Shown: positions 1 through 9,934, counted from the stretch's first letter. The stretch is DNA of 64,000 bases from Alphaproteobacteria bacterium (GCA_017471705.1 JAFUSH010000046.1:252-64251); one strand, 5' to 3'. Numbers and translations: made by a program. Notes: generated by a model from the sequence alone, not told the origin.

Positions 1-228
1 GCACAGGCCGAAGAAGTGGTGGTAGCGGAAACGGTTGAATTACCGGCCGTTTGGTATGATACGGTCTGCCTATTCCCGCTGGATGACTACATTTTCCTAT
101 CCGGCAAAGGTGGCTACGATGACGAAAACCACCGCCAAGTAGTCGAATTAAAATGCGCCGGCCGGCCGACACTTTATGTGGATCCGTCCGGATCGAGTTA
201 CTGCCGATATATGGGAGTTGAGCCATGA
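1..228 (+). CDS. hypothetical protein, 5' partial (frame open to window edge)
   Basis: The frame of track ORF 16..228 stays open back to base 1. Its stop overlaps the next start in ATGA (225-228), suggesting an operon. No motif recognised. Confidence 0.3.
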   Translation, partial: AQAEEVVVAETVELPAVWYDTVCLFPLDDYIFLSGKGGYDDENHRQVVELKCAGRPTLYVDPSGSSYCRYMGVEP

Positions 229-473
229 AAATGAAGCGATACGAAGAAATTGAGCCGAGCAACCGGACAACTTTTCGGATGTTGTATTATAACGCCGGGC
301 GCACCCTCACTCAAATTGAAACGATATTAAAGCGGACGTACGGGAACCCACTACCGATAAAACCGCAGGACCGATTATTCCGCATAAGGCACAAGCTGGA
401 ACAGATGGTCGCCCGCTACAAACAATGCGAAACCGAGCTAAAGGCGGAATATCAGAAAAGAAAGTCCCAATAA
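225..473 (+). CDS. small basic helical protein of unknown function; paralogue of 19842..20093
   Basis: The 82-aa ORF shares blocks with the 83-aa ORF at 19842: PSNRT.F, ARTLTQIETILK..YGNPLP, MVARYKQCE..LK.EY. The two differ widely at nucleotide level. Confidence 0.5.
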   Translation: MKMKRYEEIEPSNRTTFRMLYYNAGRTLTQIETILKRTYGNPLPIKPQDRLFRIRHKLEQMVARYKQCETELKAEYQKRKSQ

Positions 474-482
474 TACTGATTT

Positions 483-1106
483 TTACTTTATCCGGTTAAT
501 CTCATTCTGCAAATTTGCGAGGAATTTCCCGGCATGGGCGCCGTCCATTTGCGTGTGGTGAAACTGGAACGAAATCGGCAAATAATACCGGAACCACCGC
601 TTTTTATAGCGTCCCCAAATCATAAACGGATTATTGAAAATCCCGCTGTTCATGCCCACCGCACCGTCAATTTCCGTGTCAATAATCGCCGAAGTGCCGA
701 TAACCATGCTGTCGGCGGATAAATCGCAATCAGCGCAACTTTGTGCAACTTCCGCCGTATATTTGAGATATTCCAGATTAAAAGTTTCCAAGTCGTCGGA
801 CTGCAAAATGTCGCACGAACTGACTTCGCCGGTTTTGTTTTTCACAATCGTGTTGACCGCCAACGTATCGTATTGCATCAACTTATCGCCGACCGGAAGC
901 ATATAAAACTCCTTTATAGACGCGGCAGCTTTACCGATGCAAAAATCAAGCAACATATTGAATTTGAGATGTTTTTTGGCGCTAATTTTAACCAAATTCG
1001 TCACATCGAGCGTTTTGAAAAACGTCACCATCGGGTTCGGCGCCTTCATCCAGAATTCAAACGCCTTTGCACGCGTTGTTTCCTCAGGATTAACCTCTTT
1101 TGCCAT
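483..1106 (-). CDS. chloramphenicol acetyltransferase-family (type A CAT-like) protein
   Basis: 207 aa. The C-terminal 'FQFHHTQMDGAHAGKF' matches the CAT catalytic HHxxxDG block, and length and N-terminal layout are CAT-like. Confidence 0.7.
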   Translation of the reverse strand: MAKEVNPEETTRAKAFEFWMKAPNPMVTFFKTLDVTNLVKISAKKHLKFNMLLDFCIGKAAASIKEFYMLPVGDKLMQYDTLAVNTIVKNKTGEVSSCDILQSDDLETFNLEYLKYTAEVAQSCADCDLSADSMVIGTSAIIDTEIDGAVGMNSGIFNNPFMIWGRYKKRWFRYYLPISFQFHHTQMDGAHAGKFLANLQNEINRIK

Positions 1107-1572
1107 CGCTATTCTCCTTTAATAAATGCTCCAAAAACGCCTGACAGCCCTCGCTGATGTCGTCATAACTCTCGTCGAAATCGCCGGTATACCACGGATC
1201 GCGGATATTGCGCGGGTGGCCGGTAAAATCAAGCAAGCGATGGATTTTGTTTTCCGTATCAGGTCCGACAATCTCCAAAATATCGTCAATATTGCTGTCG
1301 TCCATCGCAATGATGTAGTCGAAATACACGTAGTCGCGCGGACGAATTTGCCGCGAATAATGCTCCTCGAAAGGAATTTGCATGGCTTTCAGCTTATCGC
1401 GGGTACCGTGATGAATACCGGCGTGACACATCTCGTTGAAACGCTCGGTAGCGGCGGAATCAATATAAAACTGTTCCGACAGACCTCTCTCGGCGACCAT
1501 TTGCTTAAAAACAAACTCCGCCATCGGCGACCGACAAATATTCCCCAAACATACAAACAAAACTTTAATCAT
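1090..1572 (-). CDS. low-molecular-weight protein-tyrosine phosphatase (or arsenate-reductase-like)
   Basis: N-terminal 'VLFVCLGNICRSPMAE' is the C-X5-R-S P-loop of LMW-PTPs. A DPWY-type Asp loop is present ('IRDPWYTGD'). 160 aa. Confidence 0.9.
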   Translation of the reverse strand: MIKVLFVCLGNICRSPMAEFVFKQMVAERGLSEQFYIDSAATERFNEMCHAGIHHGTRDKLKAMQIPFEEHYSRQIRPRDYVYFDYIIAMDDSNIDDILEIVGPDTENKIHRLLDFTGHPRNIRDPWYTGDFDESYDDISEGCQAFLEHLLKENSDGKRG

Positions 1573-1607
1573 TTAAAATAACTTTAGCTTAAAATTTAGT
1601 GTAGAGC

Positions 1608-2834
1608 TCAAAAATCTTTAATTTCAAAAGGTATTCTAGGTAGTCCCTGCCTATTTAAATAGGCTGTATATTTAGATCTAAGTTCTGTTATATATGGTGG
1701 AATAATTCTGCCAATTCTTTCTGCTTTACAATCCTTTTTTAATTGTTTTCGTGACTTGATAGATAAATTTTTAAATCTAAATTTAATATGTTTGCCATTA
1801 TATAAACAGTAAATTTTATAATAGGAGTGCCCTTGCTTAGCATCGTTTTTCAATTCTTCTCCAATTGACTTTTGATCACTTGGAATTTCATATTCCTCTC
1901 CTCTGAGCAAATATAATTTTACATCATCTACAGTTTCACCTTTTTGAGGTCTCAAATTACATGTTGGTCTAATATTTATATAATAAACATCTTCACCTGA
2001 ATTTTTACCTAAAAAAATATCACCTGTATCTATATCATTACTTTTAAGTTTTTTATTTTCAATAAAAGTTTGTCCCTCTATAACTTTTTGTAATTCTTCT
2101 TTTTTTATTTTTGCCTTGGATTCGAATATATCTTCAGATAAAATTAAGTATGGTATCCTCGTTTCAACATTTTTTATAATTGTGTTAAATATTTCACTAC
2201 TATAATCTATCTCATCAGCTTTTGCATTTTGATACAAAGCAATGGGCCACGATTTTGAAAGGTTATAAAAAGTTGAAAAAGTTTCGTTTTTTGCTTTTGC
2301 TAAAGCATTTTCGTACATGTGCAATACATATAAAGGAGGATTCTTTTTTATCCATTTTTGAATATTGCTTTGGATACTCTCAAAAGAAAGAGAAGTCGAC
2401 TTTGATTTTACAAAGATAAAATTGGTTTGATTATCATTAATTAATCCTTTTTCTTTCAAATAGGACCTTATAGAATAAACACCTTCATTAGATAAAATAA
2501 AAACAGGACAAAAAACGTTATTGGAAATATAATTTAAAAATTCAACATTTTTATTTATATTTTTATTTAATAGATTTGACGGAGGCGTAAGATTTGGATT
2601 TTGCAATTTTTTAAATTCATTTGATAATTCCCAATCCAAAATTATAAAAGATATTGAATTTAAATTATTTAACAATTTGTCATTAGGTAATTCTTTATAC
2701 AGTAATAAAGGAATGTTATGGCTTTGCAAATTTTTAACAATTTTATAAATTTTAGATTTTTTATCATCTAGTTCATCATCAATAACTAAACCAATACCTG
2801 CCGTTTCTGCATTCCAAAGTTCATTTAATTCCAT
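1608..2834 (-). CDS. receiver (REC)-like domain protein with uncharacterised ~270-aa C-terminal domain
   Basis: A 2-nt gap separates it from the kinase gene. CheY-like signature: acidic pair in 'GLVIDDELDD', acceptor-like Asp in 'FIILDWELS', then 'FILSNEG' and 'IFVKSKS'. The C-terminus is unrecognised apart from a weak PD-(D/E)xK-like 'TGDIF...VDDVKLY'. Very AT-rich. Confidence 0.55.
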   Translation of the reverse strand: MELNELWNAETAGIGLVIDDELDDKKSKIYKIVKNLQSHNIPLLLYKELPNDKLLNNLNSISFIILDWELSNEFKKLQNPNLTPPSNLLNKNINKNVEFLNYISNNVFCPVFILSNEGVYSIRSYLKEKGLINDNQTNFIFVKSKSTSLSFESIQSNIQKWIKKNPPLYVLHMYENALAKAKNETFSTFYNLSKSWPIALYQNAKADEIDYSSEIFNTIIKNVETRIPYLILSEDIFESKAKIKKEELQKVIEGQTFIENKKLKSNDIDTGDIFLGKNSGEDVYYINIRPTCNLRPQKGETVDDVKLYLLRGEEYEIPSDQKSIGEELKNDAKQGHSYYKIYCLYNGKHIKFRFKNLSIKSRKQLKKDCKAERIGRIIPPYITELRSKYTAYLNRQGLPRIPFEIKDF

Positions 2835-2836
2835 AG

Positions 2837-5056
2837 TTAGTCCTCATATTTATTAAAGTCTACGACAAAGGATGCACCAGACAAAAGTTTATCTTTTTCT
2901 GAAGATGCCAAGTATATAGCAAAGTCATTTCTTAATAAAAGTTGTTTAGCTATATATAAACCTAATCCTCGGCCATCTTCACCTTTTCCAGAATAGAATG
3001 GTTCAAATATATAATTTTCATCATCAGGATGAATTCCTGGACCATTATCGGAAAATAGCATTTTATTTTCATCACTATTCATAATAATTTTTATTTCCTT
3101 ATTATTATCTCCTTTCAATGGGATCCAATAAATTGCATTATCAAATAAATTTATAAGCACTTGCATAATAACAGCATCATATGTTTGAACAACTAATGGA
3201 GATTTTCCTATTTGTTCTATTTTAACCTCTATATTATTTTCATTTAGCGCTTTCTTAAATAACGATAAAATCTGCGTTACAATATCTTTAACTCTAATTT
3301 TCTTTCTTCTTTGATTAGATGACTTAAACAACAATTGAATATTTTTCAATTTGTCGTGGACAAAAGAAAATGCTCCCCTAATTGTTGTTAAAGCCTCCTG
3401 TATTTCCTCATAAGAAGGTTTATTTTTATGATCCATAGCGTAAACAAGACCATCTAGATGCTCTATTGCTCTGTTCATAAATAACATAATGTCATGTGAG
3501 GCTGTTTCAACAGAGATACCTACACCGGCTAAATCTTCTGCTAATTCTGCTCTTCTTATTAAAACATCTTTTTCTTTTTTATATTGAGTTTCAACCCTAC
3601 TTAAGGCGACTTCTGCATTTTTATTACCTTCAACAGTTTTTCTTAATTCTGAAAAAGAATTTTCTACTTGTTGTTTTTTTAATTTTTCTATTTTATTCTT
3701 TTCATCTCTCTTGTTTTGATATTGTTTATATGGGTGAACACGTATATACGCCAATAATATCTTCAAAATTCCAACAAAATCAGAAGATGCTTGATTATTT
3801 AAAAGACCTTCTCTGCTAGTTGCATCTTCAAGATTAGGATTATTTTTTTGAGATATAGAGACACATCCTATAATCTGATCATTGCTTAACAATCCACCCG
3901 CACTAACAGTTCCTCTATAGATATCAATACCTAACCAATCATCATTAGCTGCACCATATGGATAAACTCTTATTCCGTCTCTATATAAATATACTCTATT
4001 TTGCTTTATAAGATCTCGATCATCTTTGTCTAGTTTATATTTTTCAGGTGTATCTGCTGAAAAATCAAAAACATAAAACTCGAAAGCGAACGAACCAACA
4101 CCCCATGGCAGAAGGTCTCCACGTCCTTTCATGAACTTTTTATATACGTCTAGTCCTGTAATCGTTGGATCACTTAAATAAAGCTCTTTTTTTTCATTAT
4201 TTATATTAAGGATAAATTTTTTATCCTTTTCTACAAATTGCCCCTTGACTTTCAGTACCGCTCTATTATTCATCAAATCATTAATTTTATTCACATTTTT
4301 GGCATCAAAGTCTAAAGTCCTTTTTCCATTAATGATAAAATCAACATCAAAATCTGCGGTAGTATTGTGTTGTAGACTGTCAAAAATAGGTCTTAATTTT
4401 CTGATATCCGAAAGAACTTTTTCTATTTTATCCAAAGACCAAATACCTTTTAATCCCGAAATTTCAATTTTTGTTCCATGAGCTTCTTTCCATAGATCGT
4501 TATTCTCTGTAATTTCAAGAGGATCTCGTTCTACAAATTTTACAGGAATATTATCCAAATACAGAAATTGCTTAGTATTTGAATCATAAAAATCTTCCTC
4601 ATATGCAGACAAATCATATTCAACAATATATTCTTTATTAGAGCTAATAGGACGAGTTGTAATTGTAATTTTATTTCCTAGTTTAAATAAAGAATATCGT
4701 CCAATACCTTTTTCTCCTTGAATAACTCGCCCTTTTGTGGTCTTAGGATTATATTCCGTTTTTCTTAATTTTTTTATAGGTGTAGCAGGGTTAAGCCAGT
4801 GGTTTTTAATAACTTCTTCATCCATCCCACAACCGTCATCTCTAATAACTAACCTAGATGTTTCATTTTGGGACAAATCACTTTCACTAGTATCGAAATC
4901 ATCAAAATAAACTAGGACTACACCAGCATCAGCATCATAACTATTTTTGATTATTTCTGCCAAAGCAACAGTTTCATCTCTTATTAACTGGTCTCCCAGC
5001 ATTGTTAAAAGCCTTGCATATGGCTTCATATGTACTAGTTCTTCTCTTATTGGCAT
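2837..5056 (-). CDS. MORC/Hsp90-like GHKL ATPase fused to a histidine-kinase core (HisKA-like H-box + HATPase_c)
   Basis: N-terminal Bergerat motifs: 'EIIKNSYDADA', 'IRDDGCGMD', 'GEKGIGRYS'. A Lys/Glu coiled coil follows. Then H-box 'ETASHDIM' (His ~521), N-box 'NLFDNAIYW', G1 'DNGPGI' and G2 'GRGLGLYI'. Confidence 0.7.
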   Translation of the reverse strand: MPIREELVHMKPYARLLTMLGDQLIRDETVALAEIIKNSYDADAGVVLVYFDDFDTSESDLSQNETSRLVIRDDGCGMDEEVIKNHWLNPATPIKKLRKTEYNPKTTKGRVIQGEKGIGRYSLFKLGNKITITTRPISSNKEYIVEYDLSAYEEDFYDSNTKQFLYLDNIPVKFVERDPLEITENNDLWKEAHGTKIEISGLKGIWSLDKIEKVLSDIRKLRPIFDSLQHNTTADFDVDFIINGKRTLDFDAKNVNKINDLMNNRAVLKVKGQFVEKDKKFILNINNEKKELYLSDPTITGLDVYKKFMKGRGDLLPWGVGSFAFEFYVFDFSADTPEKYKLDKDDRDLIKQNRVYLYRDGIRVYPYGAANDDWLGIDIYRGTVSAGGLLSNDQIIGCVSISQKNNPNLEDATSREGLLNNQASSDFVGILKILLAYIRVHPYKQYQNKRDEKNKIEKLKKQQVENSFSELRKTVEGNKNAEVALSRVETQYKKEKDVLIRRAELAEDLAGVGISVETASHDIMLFMNRAIEHLDGLVYAMDHKNKPSYEEIQEALTTIRGAFSFVHDKLKNIQLLFKSSNQRRKKIRVKDIVTQILSLFKKALNENNIEVKIEQIGKSPLVVQTYDAVIMQVLINLFDNAIYWIPLKGDNNKEIKIIMNSDENKMLFSDNGPGIHPDDENYIFEPFYSGKGEDGRGLGLYIAKQLLLRNDFAIYLASSEKDKLLSGASFVVDFNKYED

Positions 5057-6321
5057 ATTTTTTCTCCAATTACAATAAATTCTTCCGCATAGATTTTTCT
5101 ACTTCCCTTATTGCTTGTGAATTTACCAACACTATCCCTATAAGGTGTAAGAAACTTATTTGTTATATTACGTTTTGTAATATGAAATTTTTTAAAACCT
5201 GCATTTTGTAAAGAAATCGCTAAATGTTTTGCATTATCAATTTTTGTTCCTTTGTATTCAGTGTTCCCAATAACAAATAGCGCTATTCCATGGTTATTTA
5301 ACATATTAAAAGCTAATTTAGAAACTTTTTGCATATCTGAAAAATATCTGGCAATAGATTTTAACTTACTTTTTTCGATTTTAGGTTGCAACTCCTCTAT
5401 GATATTTTTAGCAATATCATTCAATTTAAAATCTTCAATTCTGGATTTCTCTATATGATATACACTACCGATAGTTCCTTGCCGAAGTTCTCTATAATCT
5501 TTAGTAAAATCAAGCCATAAAGAAGATAATTGGTGTAAGTCGGCATACTCATATGAGGTAACGTACGGAGGGCTGGTTACTATCATATCTACTTTGGGGC
5601 GTTTAAGATAAGGCCTCAAAAAACTTGTCGTCTCTATGGTTACTTTTCCTTTATTATTTATTTCTGCTTGTTCATAGGCGGATATCATCATTTCTGTTTG
5701 TTTTGAAAATAAATCAAAAATATCCTTTTGACCTTTTTTAGGATCAACTTGAGGCTTAATTGATTTTGTAAGCCATTTTGAGGCCGGTTTTAAAATATTG
5801 GAAAAGGCACATAAAAAGAATTGTTTATAGTTATCATTAATATAGCATTCATCTAAAATTATTGTTTTTAGATTACTAAGTTTCTGGAAGGTTTCTTCAT
5901 AAAACCAATATTTAATACGCTCATTTGCGGTAGAATAATCATATTCTAAATTAGATGATTTTAATTTTTCTAGTAATGTTTCTCTATACCTTTTTAGTAA
6001 AAGAACATCATAGTTTCCACTTTTTACTTTTGCAATCAATGTAGCTACAGGATTAATATCGCATCCCCAAAATTTTATTCCTCTTTTTTTTGCTTCCAAT
6101 GCGACAGTTCCACAACCACAGAAAATATCTGCTATCTTATTTGTGTTAATCCCTTGTTTTTTAGCATAGTCTATAGCTTTAGTTGTAATAAATGCAGGAA
6201 ATTTAGCAGGATAATTATGAATTTTATGTATTAATTCCTCTTTTTGATCCCCCACATTCCAGTATTCATCAATACTGATGTTTTCAAAATCAATTTTATC
6301 CAAACTAACAAATCCATTCAT
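5047..6321 (-). CDS. SAM-dependent DNA amino-methyltransferase (N6-adenine or N4-cytosine)
   Basis: Motif I 'DIFCGCGTVALEA' and motif IV 'VTSPPYVTSYEY', with 'HNYPAKFP' near the N-terminus. Its stop overlaps the kinase start by 10 nt. Confidence 0.8.
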   Translation of the reverse strand: MNGFVSLDKIDFENISIDEYWNVGDQKEELIHKIHNYPAKFPAFITTKAIDYAKKQGINTNKIADIFCGCGTVALEAKKRGIKFWGCDINPVATLIAKVKSGNYDVLLLKRYRETLLEKLKSSNLEYDYSTANERIKYWFYEETFQKLSNLKTIILDECYINDNYKQFFLCAFSNILKPASKWLTKSIKPQVDPKKGQKDIFDLFSKQTEMMISAYEQAEINNKGKVTIETTSFLRPYLKRPKVDMIVTSPPYVTSYEYADLHQLSSLWLDFTKDYRELRQGTIGSVYHIEKSRIEDFKLNDIAKNIIEELQPKIEKSKLKSIARYFSDMQKVSKLAFNMLNNHGIALFVIGNTEYKGTKIDNAKHLAISLQNAGFKKFHITKRNITNKFLTPYRDSVGKFTSNKGSRKIYAEEFIVIGEKICQ

Positions 6322-6476
6322 TACAAATAAACCTTTTATTAAATTTAGTTAACCTTATAACATCTTTTGATAGAATGCAAAGTAAAAATTTTACTTAAAC
6401 AATCAATACTAAACACTTCTTCTTTAGTCATCAAATAGTCCTTTCAGTTCATCTTTATCAGTATAATATCCTTTAC

Positions 6477-8789
6477 CTATGCCGCTTTTTTATACAGATA
6501 TTGTTGGAAGGTGCAGAACATTGAGCGGATTTCATCCGGTTTGCCAAGTTCCTGCAAGGCATTCATCGGCGAACCATATTTCAAGTTGACCAGTTTACCA
6601 ATTCTCTCGTCATCGAGCTCTGAAATACCTTCTTTAACATATTGTTGCAATACAAACTCAATAAAGGCGAACTGTCTTGCCGCATAGTTATCCATAACAT
6701 AAAACTTGCATTGGTCCGCTCTTTCGCTTCTTGTCATCATATCATTGCAGAATTCCGCTAAGAAGCTTAAAACATCAAACACATCATTATTTTCGGCATT
6801 TAAAGCTTTTTGAATATACTTAAATGTTTCTCGGTTATAGCCGCGTTCGGCAAAACGTTTAAGTAATGTTTTTCTGGTTATTGGGTCAAGCCATACTTGG
6901 CGCAATTCTTCTTCCGTCTTAAAGAAGTTTGGCATCTGTCCGACAAGTCTTTCAATAAATTCTTTGGCGCTGATAGGTTTACCCAAGTCTTTATCATAAA
7001 ACGTGGTGCCGTCGTCAAAAATTTTAACTTCGCGACCTTTGCCTAATTTAATTTTAGTAATTTTCTTCGGCTCCGGAGTTTCGCCACCGTCTCCGTTACC
7101 GTCATTTCCGCCGTTACCTCCTTGACCGCCTTTGCCACCATCGCCACTGCTAGGCTTTCCGGTATATTCTGTCGGACCATCCCATTGTGGATCCTCAAAA
7201 TTATGTGATGCTCCAACAAAGTCATAAATTGTGAAATAATCCTTGTCTTCACAAACTCTGGTCCCTCTGCCGATAATCTGCTTAAATTCAATCATCGAGT
7301 TCACCGGCCGGAGTAAAACGATATTCTTAACCTGAATAGCATCAACACCTGTCGAGAGCTTTTGTGATGTGGTTAAAATGGTCGGAATAGTTTTTGACGT
7401 ATCTTGGAACTGCCGCAAAAACATTTCTCCACGTGCGCCGTCATCTGCAGTCACACGCACACAATAGTTTGGGTTAGTGCTTGCGGTTTTATATTGGTTT
7501 ATCATATCTCTGATTAAACCGGCGTGCGTTTGTGTGGCGCAAAAGACAAGTGTTTTATCATTCTGATTGATTTCATCCATAAACTTTTTAACCCGCTCAA
7601 GCTCCTTATCAACAATAAATACCTCATTGTCCTTATAAGTTTTTTCCGGGTCAATTTCCCCGTCAACATCATCAGATGCATTATACTGATATTCGTCAAA
7701 GTTTGTGCTTAGGTTTCTAACCCTAAACGGTGTTAAAAAGCCATCATTGATACCTTGTTTGAGCGAATAGGTATAAACCGGCTCGCCGAAATACTTATAA
7801 GTATCAACGTTATCTTTGCGTTTTGGCGTAGCTGTTAAACCTAAGTGAACGGCGCAATCAAAATAGTCCAAAATCTCGCGCCAATTACTTTCATCATTAG
7901 CCCCACCGCGGTGGCATTCATCAATAATGACTAAGTCAAAAAAGTCTTTCGGATATTGTCCGAAATATGGCTTTTGCTTTTCGCCACTCATAAAGGTTTG
8001 GAAAATAGTAAAGAAAATGCTTTGCGCATCCGGTACTCTGCCGTTTTTCTTAATATCCGCCGGCGTAATTCGGGCAAGTGAATTGAGCGGAAAAGCCTGA
8101 AAAGCGTTAAAAGCTTGGTCGGCTAATATATTTCTATCAGCTAAAAACAGCACGCGAGGCAAGCGGTCGCCGATGTTTTTAATGTTCCACTTTGCCTGCA
8201 TCAGTTTCCACACAATTTGAAAAGCAATACAAGTTTTACCGGTTCCGGTAGCTAATGTCAGCAAAATTCGTTTTCTTCCTTCACTCAGAGCTTTTACTGT
8301 CGCATTGATGGCATTTTCTTGATAATAACGCAATTCAAATTGCCCATCTGTTTTTGATGGAATAGCCGACAACAAGTTAAACAACTCGTTATCCTGGCTG
8401 TATGTCATCTGCCAAAGTTCTTCCGGAGATGGATAAGCATTAACTTGCTGTTCTTTACCCGTTTCCATATCTATTTGATAGATTTCTGTGCCATTGGTGG
8501 CATAGGTAAAGCGAATATTGAGCAACTCGGCATATTCTTTGGCTTGAGCGACACCGTCTGTATATGAACGAGAAGACTTTTTGGCTTCCACCACCGCTAA
8601 TTTAACATTTTTGTAGATAAGCACATAATCGGCGCTTAATTTCGGTGCACGAGCATTCATACCGATAATTTTACCTTTAGAGATAGGATATTCCCGACGA
8701 ACAATAACGTCACCGCCGGTTTTCCAGCCGCATTCCATCAATTTCGGGTTTATCAGTTCTTCTCTGGTATCAGCTTCAGAAATCATCAC
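6477..8789 (-). CDS. hsdR: type I restriction enzyme R subunit
   Basis: HsdR-type N-terminus 'EADTREELINPKLMECGW'. SF2 motifs 'LATGTGKT', 'IIDECHRG', 'IIGRGTRV'. A Gly-rich linker precedes an EcoEI_R_C-like tail. Confidence 0.9.
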   Translation of the reverse strand: MMISEADTREELINPKLMECGWKTGGDVIVRREYPISKGKIIGMNARAPKLSADYVLIYKNVKLAVVEAKKSSRSYTDGVAQAKEYAELLNIRFTYATNGTEIYQIDMETGKEQQVNAYPSPEELWQMTYSQDNELFNLLSAIPSKTDGQFELRYYQENAINATVKALSEGRKRILLTLATGTGKTCIAFQIVWKLMQAKWNIKNIGDRLPRVLFLADRNILADQAFNAFQAFPLNSLARITPADIKKNGRVPDAQSIFFTIFQTFMSGEKQKPYFGQYPKDFFDLVIIDECHRGGANDESNWREILDYFDCAVHLGLTATPKRKDNVDTYKYFGEPVYTYSLKQGINDGFLTPFRVRNLSTNFDEYQYNASDDVDGEIDPEKTYKDNEVFIVDKELERVKKFMDEINQNDKTLVFCATQTHAGLIRDMINQYKTASTNPNYCVRVTADDGARGEMFLRQFQDTSKTIPTILTTSQKLSTGVDAIQVKNIVLLRPVNSMIEFKQIIGRGTRVCEDKDYFTIYDFVGASHNFEDPQWDGPTEYTGKPSSGDGGKGGQGGNGGNDGNGDGGETPEPKKITKIKLGKGREVKIFDDGTTFYDKDLGKPISAKEFIERLVGQMPNFFKTEEELRQVWLDPITRKTLLKRFAERGYNRETFKYIQKALNAENNDVFDVLSFLAEFCNDMMTRSERADQCKFYVMDNYAARQFAFIEFVLQQYVKEGISELDDERIGKLVNLKYGSPMNALQELGKPDEIRSMFCTFQQYLYKKAA

Positions 8790-9934
8790 AGTTCTCCTCT
8801 AAATGCTTTTTGCAATATAGATTGTTTTAATTCATCACATTCTTTGATTTTTTGGGTGTATATTGCTTCAAGTTGCTTTGTTTGTTCTTGTAGCGCATCA
8901 AGCTTTTCAACGATTTTTTGTTGCTCTGGTAAGGATGGGTATTTAACTTTTTTATCTTTTAACATAGGAACAGTTAATTGTGGTATACTTGATCCATTTC
9001 CAGTTGGTACCATAAATTTTAATGCGTATTCCATAAAATCTATATTTATGTGGTCATTAGGAATTGCAGAAATCAACCTCACAATAGGGTAATATGGTTT
9101 AACTCTCTTACAAATAAAACCTATTGTCCCTCTCGCAGAGATAGTAATTGCTTCTTCTTTAATTGCTGGAACATCCGTATATCCGTATAAACCATCATTT
9201 TCAATCCCATTTGAATATATAGGCACCTCGCAATTTTCTGTAATTGCCTTAGAAAAATTCTCAGGTTTATCTCCTCCTGCTGATATTTTTTTGCAAACCT
9301 CTTTTAAAGTTTTTTCTTCCCAACCTTCTGTATTTTCTGTAAAAACTTTATTTAACGCACTTTCAAACAGTTCTTTGGCATTATTAAGATTTTGCTCGGC
9401 ATTGGCTTTAACCTTATCTATCGCCTCAAAAGATTTATCCAACTTCGCCACAATCCTCTCTTGCTCCGGTAATGGCGGGTATTGAATATTAACAGTAGAA
9501 ATAATACTTTTAGAAACTTCTTTAAATGTTGCACCTTTTCCTAAAGAGATAAGATATTTTCTGCTCTTAAGAAGAAAGTAATATAAAAACTTGTTATGGA
9601 TATTTTTTGAACATATAAAATTTTTAAATCCTTGATTGCAGTATAAACTATCCACATTACTAATTGCTATTTTGCCAATAGGTGCTCTAGATGAAAAAAG
9701 GACAGTTCCACGAGGCATCCTGCGTAAACTACAATATTCAACAGCTTTATCCGTTATTGTTCTTGCTGTACTATTTATATATAAACTATTTTCGTTTATT
9801 TCTGCTGGAGTTATCCAATAATTTCCTTTACCCCAAAACTCATCGTTTGAAGTATCTGGAGTTGTTCCTGAAATTATTTCACATACTTCACCTAATGTTT
9901 TTTCTTCCCATTTTTCAAGAGTGGTATTTGTCAT
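8786..9934 (-). CDS. hsdS: type I restriction enzyme S (specificity) subunit, two TRDs
   Basis: Two half-repeats each end in the conserved HsdS helix: 'YPPLPEQERIVAKLD' and 'YPSLPEQQKIVEKLD'. Its stop overlaps the hsdR start. Confidence 0.9.
   Translation of the reverse strand: MTNTTLEKWEEKTLGEVCEIISGTTPDTSNDEFWGKGNYWITPAEINENSLYINSTARTITDKAVEYCSLRRMPRGTVLFSSRAPIGKIAISNVDSLYCNQGFKNFICSKNIHNKFLYYFLLKSRKYLISLGKGATFKEVSKSIISTVNIQYPPLPEQERIVAKLDKSFEAIDKVKANAEQNLNNAKELFESALNKVFTENTEGWEEKTLKEVCKKISAGGDKPENFSKAITENCEVPIYSNGIENDGLYGYTDVPAIKEEAITISARGTIGFICKRVKPYYPIVRLISAIPNDHINIDFMEYALKFMVPTGNGSSIPQLTVPMLKDKKVKYPSLPEQQKIVEKLDALQEQTKQLEAIYTQKIKECDELKQSILQKAFRGEL

Noticed and set aside
534-1157. Plus-strand ORFs (534..722, 634..906, 741..1157, 937..1122) overlapping the CAT-like gene
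   Set aside because: They are shadow ORFs antisense to a gene with clear family motifs. They have no SD and odd composition.
8786-9934. Phase-variable hsdS shuffling
   Set aside because: I saw no second hsdS copy, no inverted hsdS fragments and no adjacent invertase.
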